64,000 nt of DNA from Pseudomonadales bacterium (GTDB lineage Bacteria; Pseudomonadota; Gammaproteobacteria; Pseudomonadales; Azotimanducaceae): positions 55,824 to 119,823 of the forward strand of contig CAXXMH010000001.1 of assembly GCA_963664665.2 (NCBI GenBank). Direction: 5' to 3'. Position numbers and translations under genes: made by a program. Under the pieces are notes generated by a model that did not search any database, was not told the DNA's origin, and saw only the letters and a list, made by a program, of their open reading frames with translations. Of the stretch, positions 19,996-29,653 are shown piece by piece. Positions within the stretch are counted from its first letter, which is position 1, and each line of letters opens with the position of its first letter.

Positions 19996-20584
19996 TATGA
20001 CCGTCGCTGACATAAAGCGCATCGTTGAAGCGTTGCTCTTCGCTGCGGAGGAACCTTTAAACGTCGCAGCGCTAATGAGTGTGTTTGAGCAGGAGTACGA
20101 CGACCCTCGTCCGTTTCGGGAACTCCTTCTTTCGGCATTAGAGGAGCTTGACGAGGACTGTGAACAACGTGGAATTGAGCTAGTTCAAGTCGCGTCAGGA
20201 TTTCGACTTCAAGTAGATGCGACGCACAGCGAGTGGGTTCACAAGCTATGGAAGCGAAATCCGCCACGATATTCGCGTGCTCTGCTTGAGACACTGGCGA
20301 TGATCGCCTATCAGCAACCCATCACACGCGGGGAGATCGACGACGTACGCGGTGTCACAACCAGCGGGAACATTCTGCGACGACTGCAGGAGAGAGGTTG
20401 GATCCGCGAATTGGGACGCAAGCAAGTTCCTGGTCTGCCAATTCTTTACGGTACGACGCGTGCGTTTCTAGATTACTTCAACCTACGCTCGATCGGTGAT
20501 TTGCCACCGTTGGTGGACGGTGAGTCACTACGCGTGAAAGAAGAGCAGGTGGAACCACCTCGAATCGTGGCAAATGAAGGCTAG
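19988..20584 (+). CDS. scpB: Segregation and condensation protein B
   Basis: 198 aa. It has ScpB-type tandem winged-helix features (IVEALLFAAEEPL, IAYQQPITRGEIDDVRGV). Confidence 0.85.
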   Translation: MSDMTVADIKRIVEALLFAAEEPLNVAALMSVFEQEYDDPRPFRELLLSALEELDEDCEQRGIELVQVASGFRLQVDATHSEWVHKLWKRNPPRYSRALLETLAMIAYQQPITRGEIDDVRGVTTSGNILRRLQERGWIRELGRKQVPGLPILYGTTRAFLDYFNLRSIGDLPPLVDGESLRVKEEQVEPPRIVANEG

Positions 20585-20629
20585 CACGCGCTAACCTTCT
20601 AAACTGAATTCACGAGTATCTGAGGTCCT

Positions 20630-21490
20630 ATGGCTCGAGCCAATGTCGAGGCGAAGCCTTCGACGGTAAAACTGCAAAAGGCGCTTGCCGATGCTGGCTT
20701 AGGATCACGCCGAACGATCGAGAAGTGGATCGTCGCGGGTCGAATTAAGGTCGACGGCGAACTAGCGACCCTAGGCGACCGAGTTTCAGTAGCACAACGT
20801 GTAGAAGTAGACGGCAAGGTAGTTTCTCGTCACGTCAATTCGGGTCCCCGCATCCTTCTCATGAATAAAGCAGCTGGGGTTGAGGTTACTCGTAAATCTG
20901 TTACGGATCGTCGTACGGTGTTCGCTCAATTACCAGATCTCAGGTCAGGACGTTGGATTTCAGTAGGCCGACTTGACGTTGGAACAACCGGCTTGTTGTT
21001 ATTTACGAATCAAGGTGAGCTAGCACATAAGCTCATGCATCCGAGTACGAATCTCGATCGTGAATATGCAGTCCGCGTCCGATCCCTTTTGAATGACGCG
21101 ATGGTGGAGAGACTTAAGCGAGGCGTTGAGATCAACGGTGTCACCTGTCGCTTTACGGACATTCAGTACTACGATGGTCGTGGCAGTAATCATTGGTACC
21201 ACGTGTGCCTCATGGAAGGCCGTAATCGCGAGGTCCGTTTACTCTTCGAAAGTCAGAACATCCTTGTTTCGCGCCTGAAACGCGTACGTTTCGGGCCATT
21301 TATCGCCCCTAGTTTCGTTCCAGCGGGTCGGGTCGTCGAAGTTCATACGGATGAAGTGAACGCGGTTTGTGCAATGCTTGGTTTGTCCCTACGTGCTCGA
21401 AGTCGAGGAGATACAAAACCGACCAAAGCAAATCGATCGGTACTTATTCCTTATCCTAATCTCACACTACCGCGTTGGTACCGAGATTAA
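20630..21490 (+). CDS. rluB: 23S rRNA pseudouridine synthase, RluB-like (RsuA family)
   Basis: 286 aa. It has an N-terminal S4 domain (LQKALADAGLGSRR) and the catalytic motif GRLDVGTTGLLLFTNQGE. It follows scpB as in many Gammaproteobacteria. Confidence 0.85.
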   Translation: MARANVEAKPSTVKLQKALADAGLGSRRTIEKWIVAGRIKVDGELATLGDRVSVAQRVEVDGKVVSRHVNSGPRILLMNKAAGVEVTRKSVTDRRTVFAQLPDLRSGRWISVGRLDVGTTGLLLFTNQGELAHKLMHPSTNLDREYAVRVRSLLNDAMVERLKRGVEINGVTCRFTDIQYYDGRGSNHWYHVCLMEGRNREVRLLFESQNILVSRLKRVRFGPFIAPSFVPAGRVVEVHTDEVNAVCAMLGLSLRARSRGDTKPTKANRSVLIPYPNLTLPRWYRD

Positions 21491-21498
21491 CGACCTCG

Positions 21499-22290
21499 TT
21501 ACGGTCCAGCCCACGAAGGTGCATCAAAACGCTCACCATTCACGCCACTTGAGTCGGGTCCCATTAGATAGAGATAGAGATCCATGTGATCGTGCGGCGT
21601 CGGGAGAGTCATCGGATCTTCGGCGGGGTACGCTCTCGCGCGCATAGTGGTACGCGTCCCACCTGGATTGAGCGAATTAACTCGGATATTGGTGCCGCTA
21701 ACCTCATCCGCTAGGACTTCCATCATGCCTTCCGTCGCAAATTTCGACACGGCGTACGCACCCCAGTAAGCGCGCCCCGTTCGTCCGACACCGGATGACG
21801 TAAATATCACGGACGCGTCTGTTGAACGGTCAAGGGACGGCATCAACGCCTTGGTGAGTAAGAAAGCTGCAGTCACGTTTACATGCATCACGGTTTCCCA
21901 TTCATTCGCTGGGTAATGGGCGAGTGGGACTTTGGATCCTAGTAGTGATGCGTTGTGAAGGATGCCGTCCAATTGCTCGATTGAATCCCGTAGCGATTCC
22001 GTGAGTGTTTCCTCAGATTGAGCGTGTAGTTTCGCTAGATCAAATGGAATGATCAGCGGCGAAGTTTCCGTAGAGGTTGTGATCTCATCGTTAACGGCTT
22101 CGAGTTTCTTGCGGTCGCGACCAAGGAGAAGCACTTGTGCACCGTGTTGTGCATAGGTAACCGCCGCGACACGACCGATACCGTCGCTCGCGCCCGTTAT
22201 GAGGATGGTCCGTCCAGATAGAAGGTTTTTTGGCGGTTTGTAATTAGCCAATAGGTTTTTCAGCGTGTAGTAAGTAATTGACGTCGACAT
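21499..22290 (-). CDS. SDR family oxidoreductase, YciK-like
   Basis: It has the Rossmann motif ILITGASDGIGR and the catalytic YxxxK (YAVSK). I chose the start at the ATG for MSTSITYY. The listed 317-aa ORF would extend far into ubiG, so the start remains uncertain. Confidence 0.75.
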   Translation of the reverse strand: MSTSITYYTLKNLLANYKPPKNLLSGRTILITGASDGIGRVAAVTYAQHGAQVLLLGRDRKKLEAVNDEITTSTETSPLIIPFDLAKLHAQSEETLTESLRDSIEQLDGILHNASLLGSKVPLAHYPANEWETVMHVNVTAAFLLTKALMPSLDRSTDASVIFTSSGVGRTGRAYWGAYAVSKFATEGMMEVLADEVSGTNIRVNSLNPGGTRTTMRARAYPAEDPMTLPTPHDHMDLYLYLMGPDSSGVNGERFDAPSWAGP

Positions 22291-22969
22291 CGTCACAGAG
22301 TGTGGCGAATCGAGTAAAAGGGTTGTAACGATACCCTTGGATTTTCTTGACGTTGAGCCCTGCATCGCGCGAAGCCTGCGCCAGCTCGGAAGGTCGAATG
22401 AACTTTTCGTAATCGTGTGTACCACGCGGAAGCACATTGAGAACGTATTCACCAGCTACGATCATGAGCGCATAGGCTTTGGGGTGACGATTGATCGTCG
22501 AGAAAAACAGATTCGCTCCGGGTTGTGCAAGGTCTGCGAGTGCCGCAACGGTGATCCTGTAATCGGGTACGTGCTCAAGCATCTCCAAAGCCGCGACGAC
22601 ATGAAACGACTCCGAATGCGCAGTCACGTAGGTTTCAGCAGTCGCGATTTCGTATTGAGGGAAATCCGTTAAGCCTGCTTCGACCGCATGGATTTTCGCC
22701 ACGGTCAACGGTCCTCGTGCGGGGTCAATACCTACGATCCTAGCGCCTAAATGAGCGAGACTCTCTGAGAATATGCCTCCTCCGCACCCCACTTCGATGA
22801 TGTCTCGTGCACGAACTTCGGTCCGGTCCATGATGAACTTCAGGCGTACTTCGTTAATATCGTGAAGTGGCTTGAATTCACCATCCTTGTCCCACCATCG
22901 ATGCGCGAGAGACTCGAACTTCTCGACTTCCGCATGATCGACATTACTATCAGGAACGGGATCAGACAT
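22244..22969 (-). CDS. ubiG: Bifunctional 3-demethylubiquinol 3-O-methyltransferase / 2-polyprenyl-6-hydroxyphenol methylase
   Basis: 241 aa. It has the N-terminal motif FESLAHRWWD, the SAM motif EVGCGGGIFSESLA, and the length typical of UbiG. Confidence 0.9.
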   Translation of the reverse strand: MSDPVPDSNVDHAEVEKFESLAHRWWDKDGEFKPLHDINEVRLKFIMDRTEVRARDIIEVGCGGGIFSESLAHLGARIVGIDPARGPLTVAKIHAVEAGLTDFPQYEIATAETYVTAHSESFHVVAALEMLEHVPDYRITVAALADLAQPGANLFFSTINRHPKAYALMIVAGEYVLNVLPRGTHDYEKFIRPSELAQASRDAGLNVKKIQGYRYNPFTRFATLCDDVDVNYLLHAEKPIG

Positions 22970-23058
22970 GTAGATTCACAGTCAAACGTGGGTGAGCAAA
23001 ATGATAGAGACGCCTTCTCAAAATAGCATTGGTTGAAGGGCGTTTAAGGAGCAGTATT

Positions 23059-24531
23059 GTGGCGATAGTTGAAACCAGTTTCGGACGCGTTGAAGGACTA
23101 GACCAGGATCGCATAAATGCGTTTCTGGGGATTCCTTTCGCAAAACCACCGATTGCCGAGAGGCGTTGGCTCCCGCCGGAAGCGCCGGAATCCTGGAGCG
23201 GGCTTCGAGATGCCACCGCATTTGGCGCCTGTGCGATCCAATCGACGATTCCGGGGGCAGTAGGCGAGTTAATCGGCATCGCGACCGGCGAGACCAACGA
23301 GGATTGCCTTTACCTCAACGTCTGGACGCCAGGCTGTGACTCGAACAAACGACCTGTCATGGTGTGGATCCACGGGGGCGGGAACACGGTTGGCGCCGGT
23401 TCACAACCTCGCGTCAACGGTCAGAATCTGGCGAAGACGGGTGATATGGTCGTCGTTACGCTGAACTATCGACTAGGTGCGCTTGGTTTTCTGCATGCTC
23501 CTGAACTTGGCGCAACCGGTAACGAAGCGTTGCTCGACCAAGTCGCAGGGCTACGTTGGGTGAAACAGAACATTTCAGCATTCGGTGGCGATCCGTCGAA
23601 TGTAACTGTATTTGGTCAGTCTGCAGGTGGCTTTGACATAGCGCAACTCATGGCAATGCCAGCGGCGGCTGGTAGTTTCGATCAAGCGATTCCCATGAGT
23701 GGTTCGCTGACTAACCAAGTCACAGCAGACGCTGCGATGCAAACTGCGCAGGAATTGGCCCATCGCTGTGGCGGTTTCGACAAGTTGCGTTCCGTACCAG
23801 CAGATCAGATTCTGGCGCTCCAGACCCAAATCGAGGGCGCACGTTGGGGACCGGTACGAGACGGTACGGTACTCGCGGAAGACGCCGCGGAAGTCCTTGC
23901 GCGCGGCGAGTTCACACGTGATATGAATCTGATGATCGGACATACGCGTGACGAATCTACGCTATTCACGATCTTTAATCGACAGTTCGAGAACATGGAC
24001 GAAGTCCAGTTGCTCAAATTACTTGAGAGCACTCTCGGCGACCGTGCGAATGAAGCCATACAGTGCTACGAAGCGGACCGCGCTGAAGAGAATCTGAGTG
24101 TCGATCCAATCGAAGTGTGGTCAGCGGTTTCAACTGATCGGATGTTTCGAATCCCTGCGGTTCGTACCGCGGATGCGCATCGTCAGCATACCGCCAACGT
24201 CTGGATGTACCGCTTTGATTGGGAATCCCCTGCGCACGATGGACGTTTACACGCTTGCCACTCGCTGGATATTCCGTTTGTCTGGGGTACGTACGACATC
24301 GATCGAATGCGGCGATTCTGCGGCGAAGGCGAGTCCGTAGCACAATTGTCGGAGCGCCTCATGCGTTCCTACATTGCCTTCGCTCACACTGGAAACCCAA
24401 ACCACGATGGGATCGCAGAATGGCCACGATACGGCGATAGTCGTGCGACGATGAGCTTTGATGAGGAGATTTCATCGGTCGATGCACCCATGGACGCGAC
24501 CCGCGAGTTCTGGGTTAGCAACGAGAATTGA
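23059..24531 (+). CDS. Carboxylesterase, type B (para-nitrobenzyl esterase-like)
   Basis: It has the nucleophile elbow FGQSAGG, the motif FLGIPFAKPP, and the oxyanion region WIHGGG. I prefer the GTG at 23059 because AAGGAG (23046-23051) sits 7 nt upstream; the listed ORF starts at 23029. Confidence 0.85.
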   Translation: MAIVETSFGRVEGLDQDRINAFLGIPFAKPPIAERRWLPPEAPESWSGLRDATAFGACAIQSTIPGAVGELIGIATGETNEDCLYLNVWTPGCDSNKRPVMVWIHGGGNTVGAGSQPRVNGQNLAKTGDMVVVTLNYRLGALGFLHAPELGATGNEALLDQVAGLRWVKQNISAFGGDPSNVTVFGQSAGGFDIAQLMAMPAAAGSFDQAIPMSGSLTNQVTADAAMQTAQELAHRCGGFDKLRSVPADQILALQTQIEGARWGPVRDGTVLAEDAAEVLARGEFTRDMNLMIGHTRDESTLFTIFNRQFENMDEVQLLKLLESTLGDRANEAIQCYEADRAEENLSVDPIEVWSAVSTDRMFRIPAVRTADAHRQHTANVWMYRFDWESPAHDGRLHACHSLDIPFVWGTYDIDRMRRFCGEGESVAQLSERLMRSYIAFAHTGNPNHDGIAEWPRYGDSRATMSFDEEISSVDAPMDATREFWVSNEN

Positions 24532-24666
24532 GTCATTTTCTAAGCGTTTTTGATCTCTCCAATTTCCTTCTTGGCAAGGTTGTGAGAGATATCGTGCGAT
24601 CGCGATTTTTGCGCTGAAATCACTTGTTAGATTCGTACAAAATAGCGTCAAATAGGGGGTGTCGCA

Positions 24667-24684
24667 TGGTATAATTTGTATACC
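24667..24684 (+). promoter_or_regulatory. Candidate gyrA promoter: extended -10 element TGgTATAAT embedded in the inverted repeat GGTATA-N5-TATACC
   Basis: TGGTATAAT lies at 24667-24675, 48 nt before the gyrA ATG. The inverted repeat is 24668-24673 / 24679-24684. I see no convincing -35 hexamer. Confidence 0.45.
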
Positions 24685-24722
24685 TCCCGCAATACTATAA
24701 AAGTCTTATAAATCAATAAGAT

Positions 24723-27443
24723 ATGAGCGAAAATCAAGCGTCAGTCGACGCTCAGGACGACCCTAGCGTAGATAGCGCAACTGAGCCAGTTTCTGAAACG
24801 CCGCCTGCGTCCGATGAGGTCGCTGGGAACGGCGGCGACAACATGCCTCCTAGCAGCGATGGAAGCCCGCCAGGGCAAGGCGGAGGCGGCGTAAATCGTG
24901 TCAGTTTAACGTCCGAAGTCGAACAGTCCTACATGGGTTACGCCATGAGCGTGATCATTGGACGAGCGCTTCCTGACGTACGTGATGGACTAAAACCCGT
25001 GCATCGTCGCTGTTTGTTCGCGATGTCTGAAATGGGGAACCGTTACAACCGGCCGACCATCAAGTCGGCGCGCGTTCAAGGGGAAGTCCACGGTAAATAT
25101 CACCCGCACGGTGACCAGTCGATCTACGAGACGATCGCAAGAATGGCGCAGCTTTTCGTGATGCGATATCCACTCGTAGACGGACAGGGCAATTTCGGTT
25201 CCGTGGATGGTGATCCTCCTGCTGCATCGCGTTACACCGAGATGCGTATGACGCGTTTCGCTGAAATGTTATTGGCAGACCTGGATAAGGAAACCGTCGA
25301 CTTCGTGCCGAATTACGACGAGACACTGACGATGCCCGTGGTCTTGCCGACGCGAGTTCCAAATATACTCCTCAACGGCTCAGATGGCATCGCTGTTGCG
25401 ATGGCGACAAAAATGCCGCCTCACAATCTTGGCGAGATCATCGATGCGTGTGTAGAGGTCGTACAGAATCCCGATGCAACGATCGAAGACCTACTTGAAC
25501 ACGTCAAGGGTCCAGACTTTCCGACGGGCGCGATCATTAACGGTAGAGCTGGGATCGTCGACGCATATCGCACCGGGAGAGGCAGCATATCGGTGCGGTC
25601 CCGAGCCGAAATCGTACAAGGCGACCAACGCGACTCGATCGTCGTAACCGAGATTCCTTTTCAAGTCAATAAATCGCTTCTGATCTCGAAAATCGCCGAG
25701 CTGGTCAAAACTAAAAAGATCGAAGGCATCACGGAGCTGCGTGACGAATCCGACAAAGATGGATTACAGATTACCATCGAGTTGCGTCGCGGCGAGATCG
25801 CACAGACCGTATTGAACAACCTATACAGGCACACGGCGCTTGAGTTGTCGTACGCGATCAATAACAACGCGCTGGTGAAAGGCGAACCACGTCAGGTTTC
25901 ACTGAAAGAAATCATCGTGGAGTTCTTGGCGCATCGACGCGAGGTGATTGCACGTCGAACCATTTATCTGTTACGTCAAAGTCGTTCACAAGGTCATCTG
26001 CTCGAAGGCCAAGCCGTCGCGCTCGCGAACATCGATGAAGTGGTGGAGTTGATCAAGAATGCGGGTAATCGCGAAGAGGCGCAGCAAGCATTACGTGATC
26101 GCTCATGGGAGGCAGCGAGCATTGAGGCGCTACTTTCTCGTGCCGAGCGGGACATTGTTCGACCACTTGATCTAGAGGATGAATACGGTTTTCAAACTGA
26201 AGAAGAAGCCGGCGGTGACGCGGGGCGTTATCGGCTGTCGCCACGCCAAGCGAACGCGATCCTTGACCTACGTCTACATCGTTTGACGAATCTCGAACAG
26301 CAGGAGTTGATTGGGAACTACAAAGAAATCGTCACGACGATTCGGGCGTTGCTTGAGATTCAGGATTCTGATGAGAAGGTCAATGATCTGATCATCGAGG
26401 AATTACTCGAGGTCAAAGAGCAATTTGCGGACGAACGTCGCACCGAAATCCGAGACGCCGTTGAAGACCTCACCGATAAAGCGTTAATCAAACCACAAGA
26501 CGTGGTGATCACGATTTCCCATCAGGGCTACGCAAAAGCCATGCCGGTTGCTGAATACAACGTTCAACGACGAGGCGGGAAGGGGATCACGGGCGTCAAA
26601 ACGCGTGACGATGACTTCACCGAGCATGTGATGGTGGCTCACAATCACAGCATGCTGCTGATGTTCACCAATCGTGGCCGGGTTTACAGTTTGGATGCTT
26701 ACAAGGTACCCCTTGCCAGTCGTGTGGCGCGCGGATACCCACTCGTCAACTTGCTCAAATTGGATGAGAATGAGAAAGTGTCCTGCGCATTCGCGGTAAC
26801 GGAATCGGACGAGTCCGGTTACCTGTTCTTCGCTACGCAACGTGGCTACATAAAACGTACTAAGTTCGACGCGTACAGCCGCATTCGAACAAATGGATTA
26901 ATCGCGTTGAAGATTGAGGATGACGACCAGTTAATTGGCGTCGCCCGCACCGACGGTACCGATGACATCATGTTGGTTCAATCATCCGGGAAACTTGCAC
27001 GATTCAAGGAATCCGATGTGCGAGTTATGGGTCGCACCGCGCGAGGAGTACGAGGTATGCGGTTGCGTGACGATGATCGAGTCATCTCGTTGATCGTGCC
27101 TCAAGAAGATGGATTTTTGCTCACGGTGTCTGAGCTAGGAATCGGCAAGCGCGTTAAATTCGATGAATTTGCGGTCAAGAGTCGCGGCATCTTGGGTATG
27201 CGTGCTGTTCGAATAACCGAGAAGACAGGTTCGTTGGTGAGCGCGCTGCAAGTATTCGCTGGTGATCATCTACTATTGTTGAATCAAGACGGTAAATTCA
27301 TCCGCATTGATGCTGACTCCATAAGTCTCTTATCAAGGATTGCGAGTGGCGTGAAGTTAATGAACGCGTCAATTGACAATCCGGTCGTCGAAGTGGACCG
27401 ACTCGAAGAAGAAGACGCGGCCACGGACGATATAGCGGACTAA
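24723..27443 (+). CDS. gyrA: DNA gyrase subunit A
   Basis: 906 aa. It contains YAMSVIIGRALPDVRDGLKPVHRR, a QRDR reading HPHGDQSIYETI, and C-terminal beta-pinwheel repeats. An acidic, Pro/Gly/Ser-rich extension of about 49 aa precedes the conserved core. Confidence 0.95.
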   Translation: MSENQASVDAQDDPSVDSATEPVSETPPASDEVAGNGGDNMPPSSDGSPPGQGGGGVNRVSLTSEVEQSYMGYAMSVIIGRALPDVRDGLKPVHRRCLFAMSEMGNRYNRPTIKSARVQGEVHGKYHPHGDQSIYETIARMAQLFVMRYPLVDGQGNFGSVDGDPPAASRYTEMRMTRFAEMLLADLDKETVDFVPNYDETLTMPVVLPTRVPNILLNGSDGIAVAMATKMPPHNLGEIIDACVEVVQNPDATIEDLLEHVKGPDFPTGAIINGRAGIVDAYRTGRGSISVRSRAEIVQGDQRDSIVVTEIPFQVNKSLLISKIAELVKTKKIEGITELRDESDKDGLQITIELRRGEIAQTVLNNLYRHTALELSYAINNNALVKGEPRQVSLKEIIVEFLAHRREVIARRTIYLLRQSRSQGHLLEGQAVALANIDEVVELIKNAGNREEAQQALRDRSWEAASIEALLSRAERDIVRPLDLEDEYGFQTEEEAGGDAGRYRLSPRQANAILDLRLHRLTNLEQQELIGNYKEIVTTIRALLEIQDSDEKVNDLIIEELLEVKEQFADERRTEIRDAVEDLTDKALIKPQDVVITISHQGYAKAMPVAEYNVQRRGGKGITGVKTRDDDFTEHVMVAHNHSMLLMFTNRGRVYSLDAYKVPLASRVARGYPLVNLLKLDENEKVSCAFAVTESDESGYLFFATQRGYIKRTKFDAYSRIRTNGLIALKIEDDDQLIGVARTDGTDDIMLVQSSGKLARFKESDVRVMGRTARGVRGMRLRDDDRVISLIVPQEDGFLLTVSELGIGKRVKFDEFAVKSRGILGMRAVRITEKTGSLVSALQVFAGDHLLLLNQDGKFIRIDADSISLLSRIASGVKLMNASIDNPVVEVDRLEEEDAATDDIAD

Positions 27444-27470
27444 CGTGCGGCTAAGTCTCCGTGCAACAGA

Positions 27471-28568
27471 TTGATGGCTAATAACAAACTCGACGAGCTG
27501 CGCGCCAGGATTGACGAAATCGATCATCAACTCATCGAGCTGCTGAATCAAAGAACTCGATGCGTGCTTGATATCGGTCAATTCAAGGCAAATGAAGAGG
27601 AAGTCGAGGGCGTAAACGCGTTCCGTCCAGAACGCGAAGCACAAATCTTGCAGCGGATTCGTTCATTGAATGAGGGACCGCTTTCCGACGCGCAGGTCGA
27701 ACTGCTCTTTCGCGAAATAATCTCGATGTCGATCGCGTTTCAGCAGCCATTGAGTGTCGCGTATTTAGGCCCAGTCGGCACCTATTCGCACAGCGCTGCC
27801 ATCAAGCAGTTCGGCCGATCGACAACGGTTCGTCCGCAACCGTCGATCCAGGACGTGTTCCACGAGGTCGAAACCGAAGGCGCGAATTACGGCATCGTTC
27901 CGGTTGAGAACAGTACCGAAGGTGCGGTCAACCAAACTTTGGATTGTTTCATCGATTCCAATCTTCAGGTTTGTGGCGAAGTGAATCTCGCAATCCACCA
28001 TGCTTTGATGGCAAAACGAGGTATTGAAGCTGACTCGATTGAGAAGGTTTACTCGCATGAGCAGTCCCTCGCTCAGTGTCGTAGTTGGCTCCGTGAACAC
28101 TTGCCGGATGTGGAGACTCAGGCGGTCTCAAGCAATGCCGAGGCTGCCCGACTTGCAGCTTTGGAGGATCACACTGCGGCAATCGCAGGCGAATTAGCTG
28201 CTGATCAATTCCAGCTGAACATTCTGTACTCGAACATCGAGGATCAGGTGTCTAACGCAACGCGGTTCTTCGTCTTGGGTAAGCAAAAGGTCTCTCCAAG
28301 TGGCTCCGATAAGACCAGTCTCATGGTGTATACCCCAAATCGTTCGGGCGCGTTGGTTGACGTGTTGTCGCCGTTCCAGCGTCATGGCATTAGTTTGACG
28401 CGTGTTGAATCCAGACCGGCTAGATCGGGTAATTGGTCCTACGTTTTCTTCATTGATTTTGACGGACACGCTGAGGATGAATCCGTCGCGAACGTATTGG
28501 AAGAAGTAAATTCGGTCGCATTCGACTTAAAAATTCTCGGCTCTTACCCCCGCGCTTTCGATAACTGA
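27471..28568 (+). CDS. pheA: Bifunctional chorismate mutase / prephenate dehydratase (P-protein)
   Basis: 365 aa. It has an N-terminal CM_2 helix (LRARIDEIDHQLIELLNQR), a PDT domain (TRFFVLG) and a C-terminal ACT domain (ESRP). Confidence 0.92.
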   Translation: MMANNKLDELRARIDEIDHQLIELLNQRTRCVLDIGQFKANEEEVEGVNAFRPEREAQILQRIRSLNEGPLSDAQVELLFREIISMSIAFQQPLSVAYLGPVGTYSHSAAIKQFGRSTTVRPQPSIQDVFHEVETEGANYGIVPVENSTEGAVNQTLDCFIDSNLQVCGEVNLAIHHALMAKRGIEADSIEKVYSHEQSLAQCRSWLREHLPDVETQAVSSNAEAARLAALEDHTAAIAGELAADQFQLNILYSNIEDQVSNATRFFVLGKQKVSPSGSDKTSLMVYTPNRSGALVDVLSPFQRHGISLTRVESRPARSGNWSYVFFIDFDGHAEDESVANVLEEVNSVAFDLKILGSYPRAFDN

Positions 28569-29653
28569 TGCGAAACGTTAATCAAGCGGTACTGGAAATC
28601 AGTCCGTATCAACCCGGTAAACCGATCGAAGAACTCGAACGTGAGCGCGGGATCGCTGGGGCGATCAAACTCGCCAGTAACGAGAATCCACGCGGACCAA
28701 GTGACGCTGTGCGAGAAGCGATTCGTGAAGCGACTGACGAGTTATCGCGATATCCTGACGGGTCTGCATTTCGACTACGAAACCTCGTCGCGGATCATTT
28801 AGGCGTTGATCCATCTCAGCTCACTTTTGGAAACGGCTCTGACGAAGCACTAAAGATAGTCGGCCGAGTCGTGCTGTCTCCTGGCGATAGCGGATTGGTG
28901 GACGAACGTTGTTTTTTGGTGTATCCCCTCACGATCTTGGGTTGTAACGCGGAACCGATCCGCGTGCCTTCCAATGGTTGGGCTCACAATCTTGAAGCGA
29001 TAGCCGACGCAATCGATGAAAGAACTCGCATCATCTATCTGGCGAATCCCAACAACCCTACTGGCACGTGGTTTACAGAAGCCGAATTTCATCGCTTCAT
29101 GTCGCGTGTGCCTTCTCGAGTTTGGGTCGTCCTTGATGAGGCGTATCACGAATATGCACGCGTAATCGAAGGGTATCCCAATGGTGTTTCGCTGCTACCG
29201 GACTATCCGAATCTGGTAGTGACACGTACCTTCTCAAAGATCTATGGCTTGGCTGCATTGCGGGTCGGGTATAGCGTGTCGTCCACACGTGTCGCTGAAT
29301 TGATGAACAGGATACGCCAACCATTCAACGTGAATAGCGTGGCGCTAGCCGCAGCTGAGGCAGCCCTTCGCGACGAGACATATGTTGACGAGAGCTTGCG
29401 ACTGAATCAGGAAGGCATGGCGACGCTCGAGGCAGGACTAGAGCGTCTTGGACTCACGTATATTCCGTCAATCGGCAATTTCATCTCGTTTGAGGTCGGA
29501 AAGCATGCGGTGGATGTGTACGACAAGATGCTAAATCTCGGCGTCGTTGTCCGACCGATCGCCAACTACAACATGCCGCATCACTTGCGAGTGACGGTCG
29601 GATTGCCAGAGGAAAACGAGCGTTTCTTAATCGCGCTTGAAGCGTCGCTATGA
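28568..29653 (+). CDS. hisC: Histidinol-phosphate / aromatic aminotransferase
   Basis: 361 aa. It has KLASNENP and the PLP-lysine motif TFSKIYGLAALRVGY. Its start overlaps the pheA stop (TGATG). Confidence 0.9.
   Translation: MRNVNQAVLEISPYQPGKPIEELERERGIAGAIKLASNENPRGPSDAVREAIREATDELSRYPDGSAFRLRNLVADHLGVDPSQLTFGNGSDEALKIVGRVVLSPGDSGLVDERCFLVYPLTILGCNAEPIRVPSNGWAHNLEAIADAIDERTRIIYLANPNNPTGTWFTEAEFHRFMSRVPSRVWVVLDEAYHEYARVIEGYPNGVSLLPDYPNLVVTRTFSKIYGLAALRVGYSVSSTRVAELMNRIRQPFNVNSVALAAAEAALRDETYVDESLRLNQEGMATLEAGLERLGLTYIPSIGNFISFEVGKHAVDVYDKMLNLGVVVRPIANYNMPHHLRVTVGLPEENERFLIALEASL

Noticed and set aside
19743-20294. Long antisense ORFs inside well-supported genes. Examples: 183 aa opposite scpA/scpB, 169 aa at 29481-29990 opposite hisC/tyrA, 166 aa at 45849-46349 inside the PhyH-HEAT gene, and 145 aa at 11465-11902 opposite hom.
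   Set aside because: These are shadow ORFs typical of moderately GC-rich coding DNA. They have Arg/Ser/Pro-rich translations without motifs, while the opposite strand carries clearly recognisable proteins.
21499-22452. The 317-aa version of the YciK-like SDR ORF.
   Set aside because: The first 54 codons overlap about 200 nt of the ubiG 3' end and have no SDR-like sequence. The Rossmann motif begins shortly after the internal Met at 22290.
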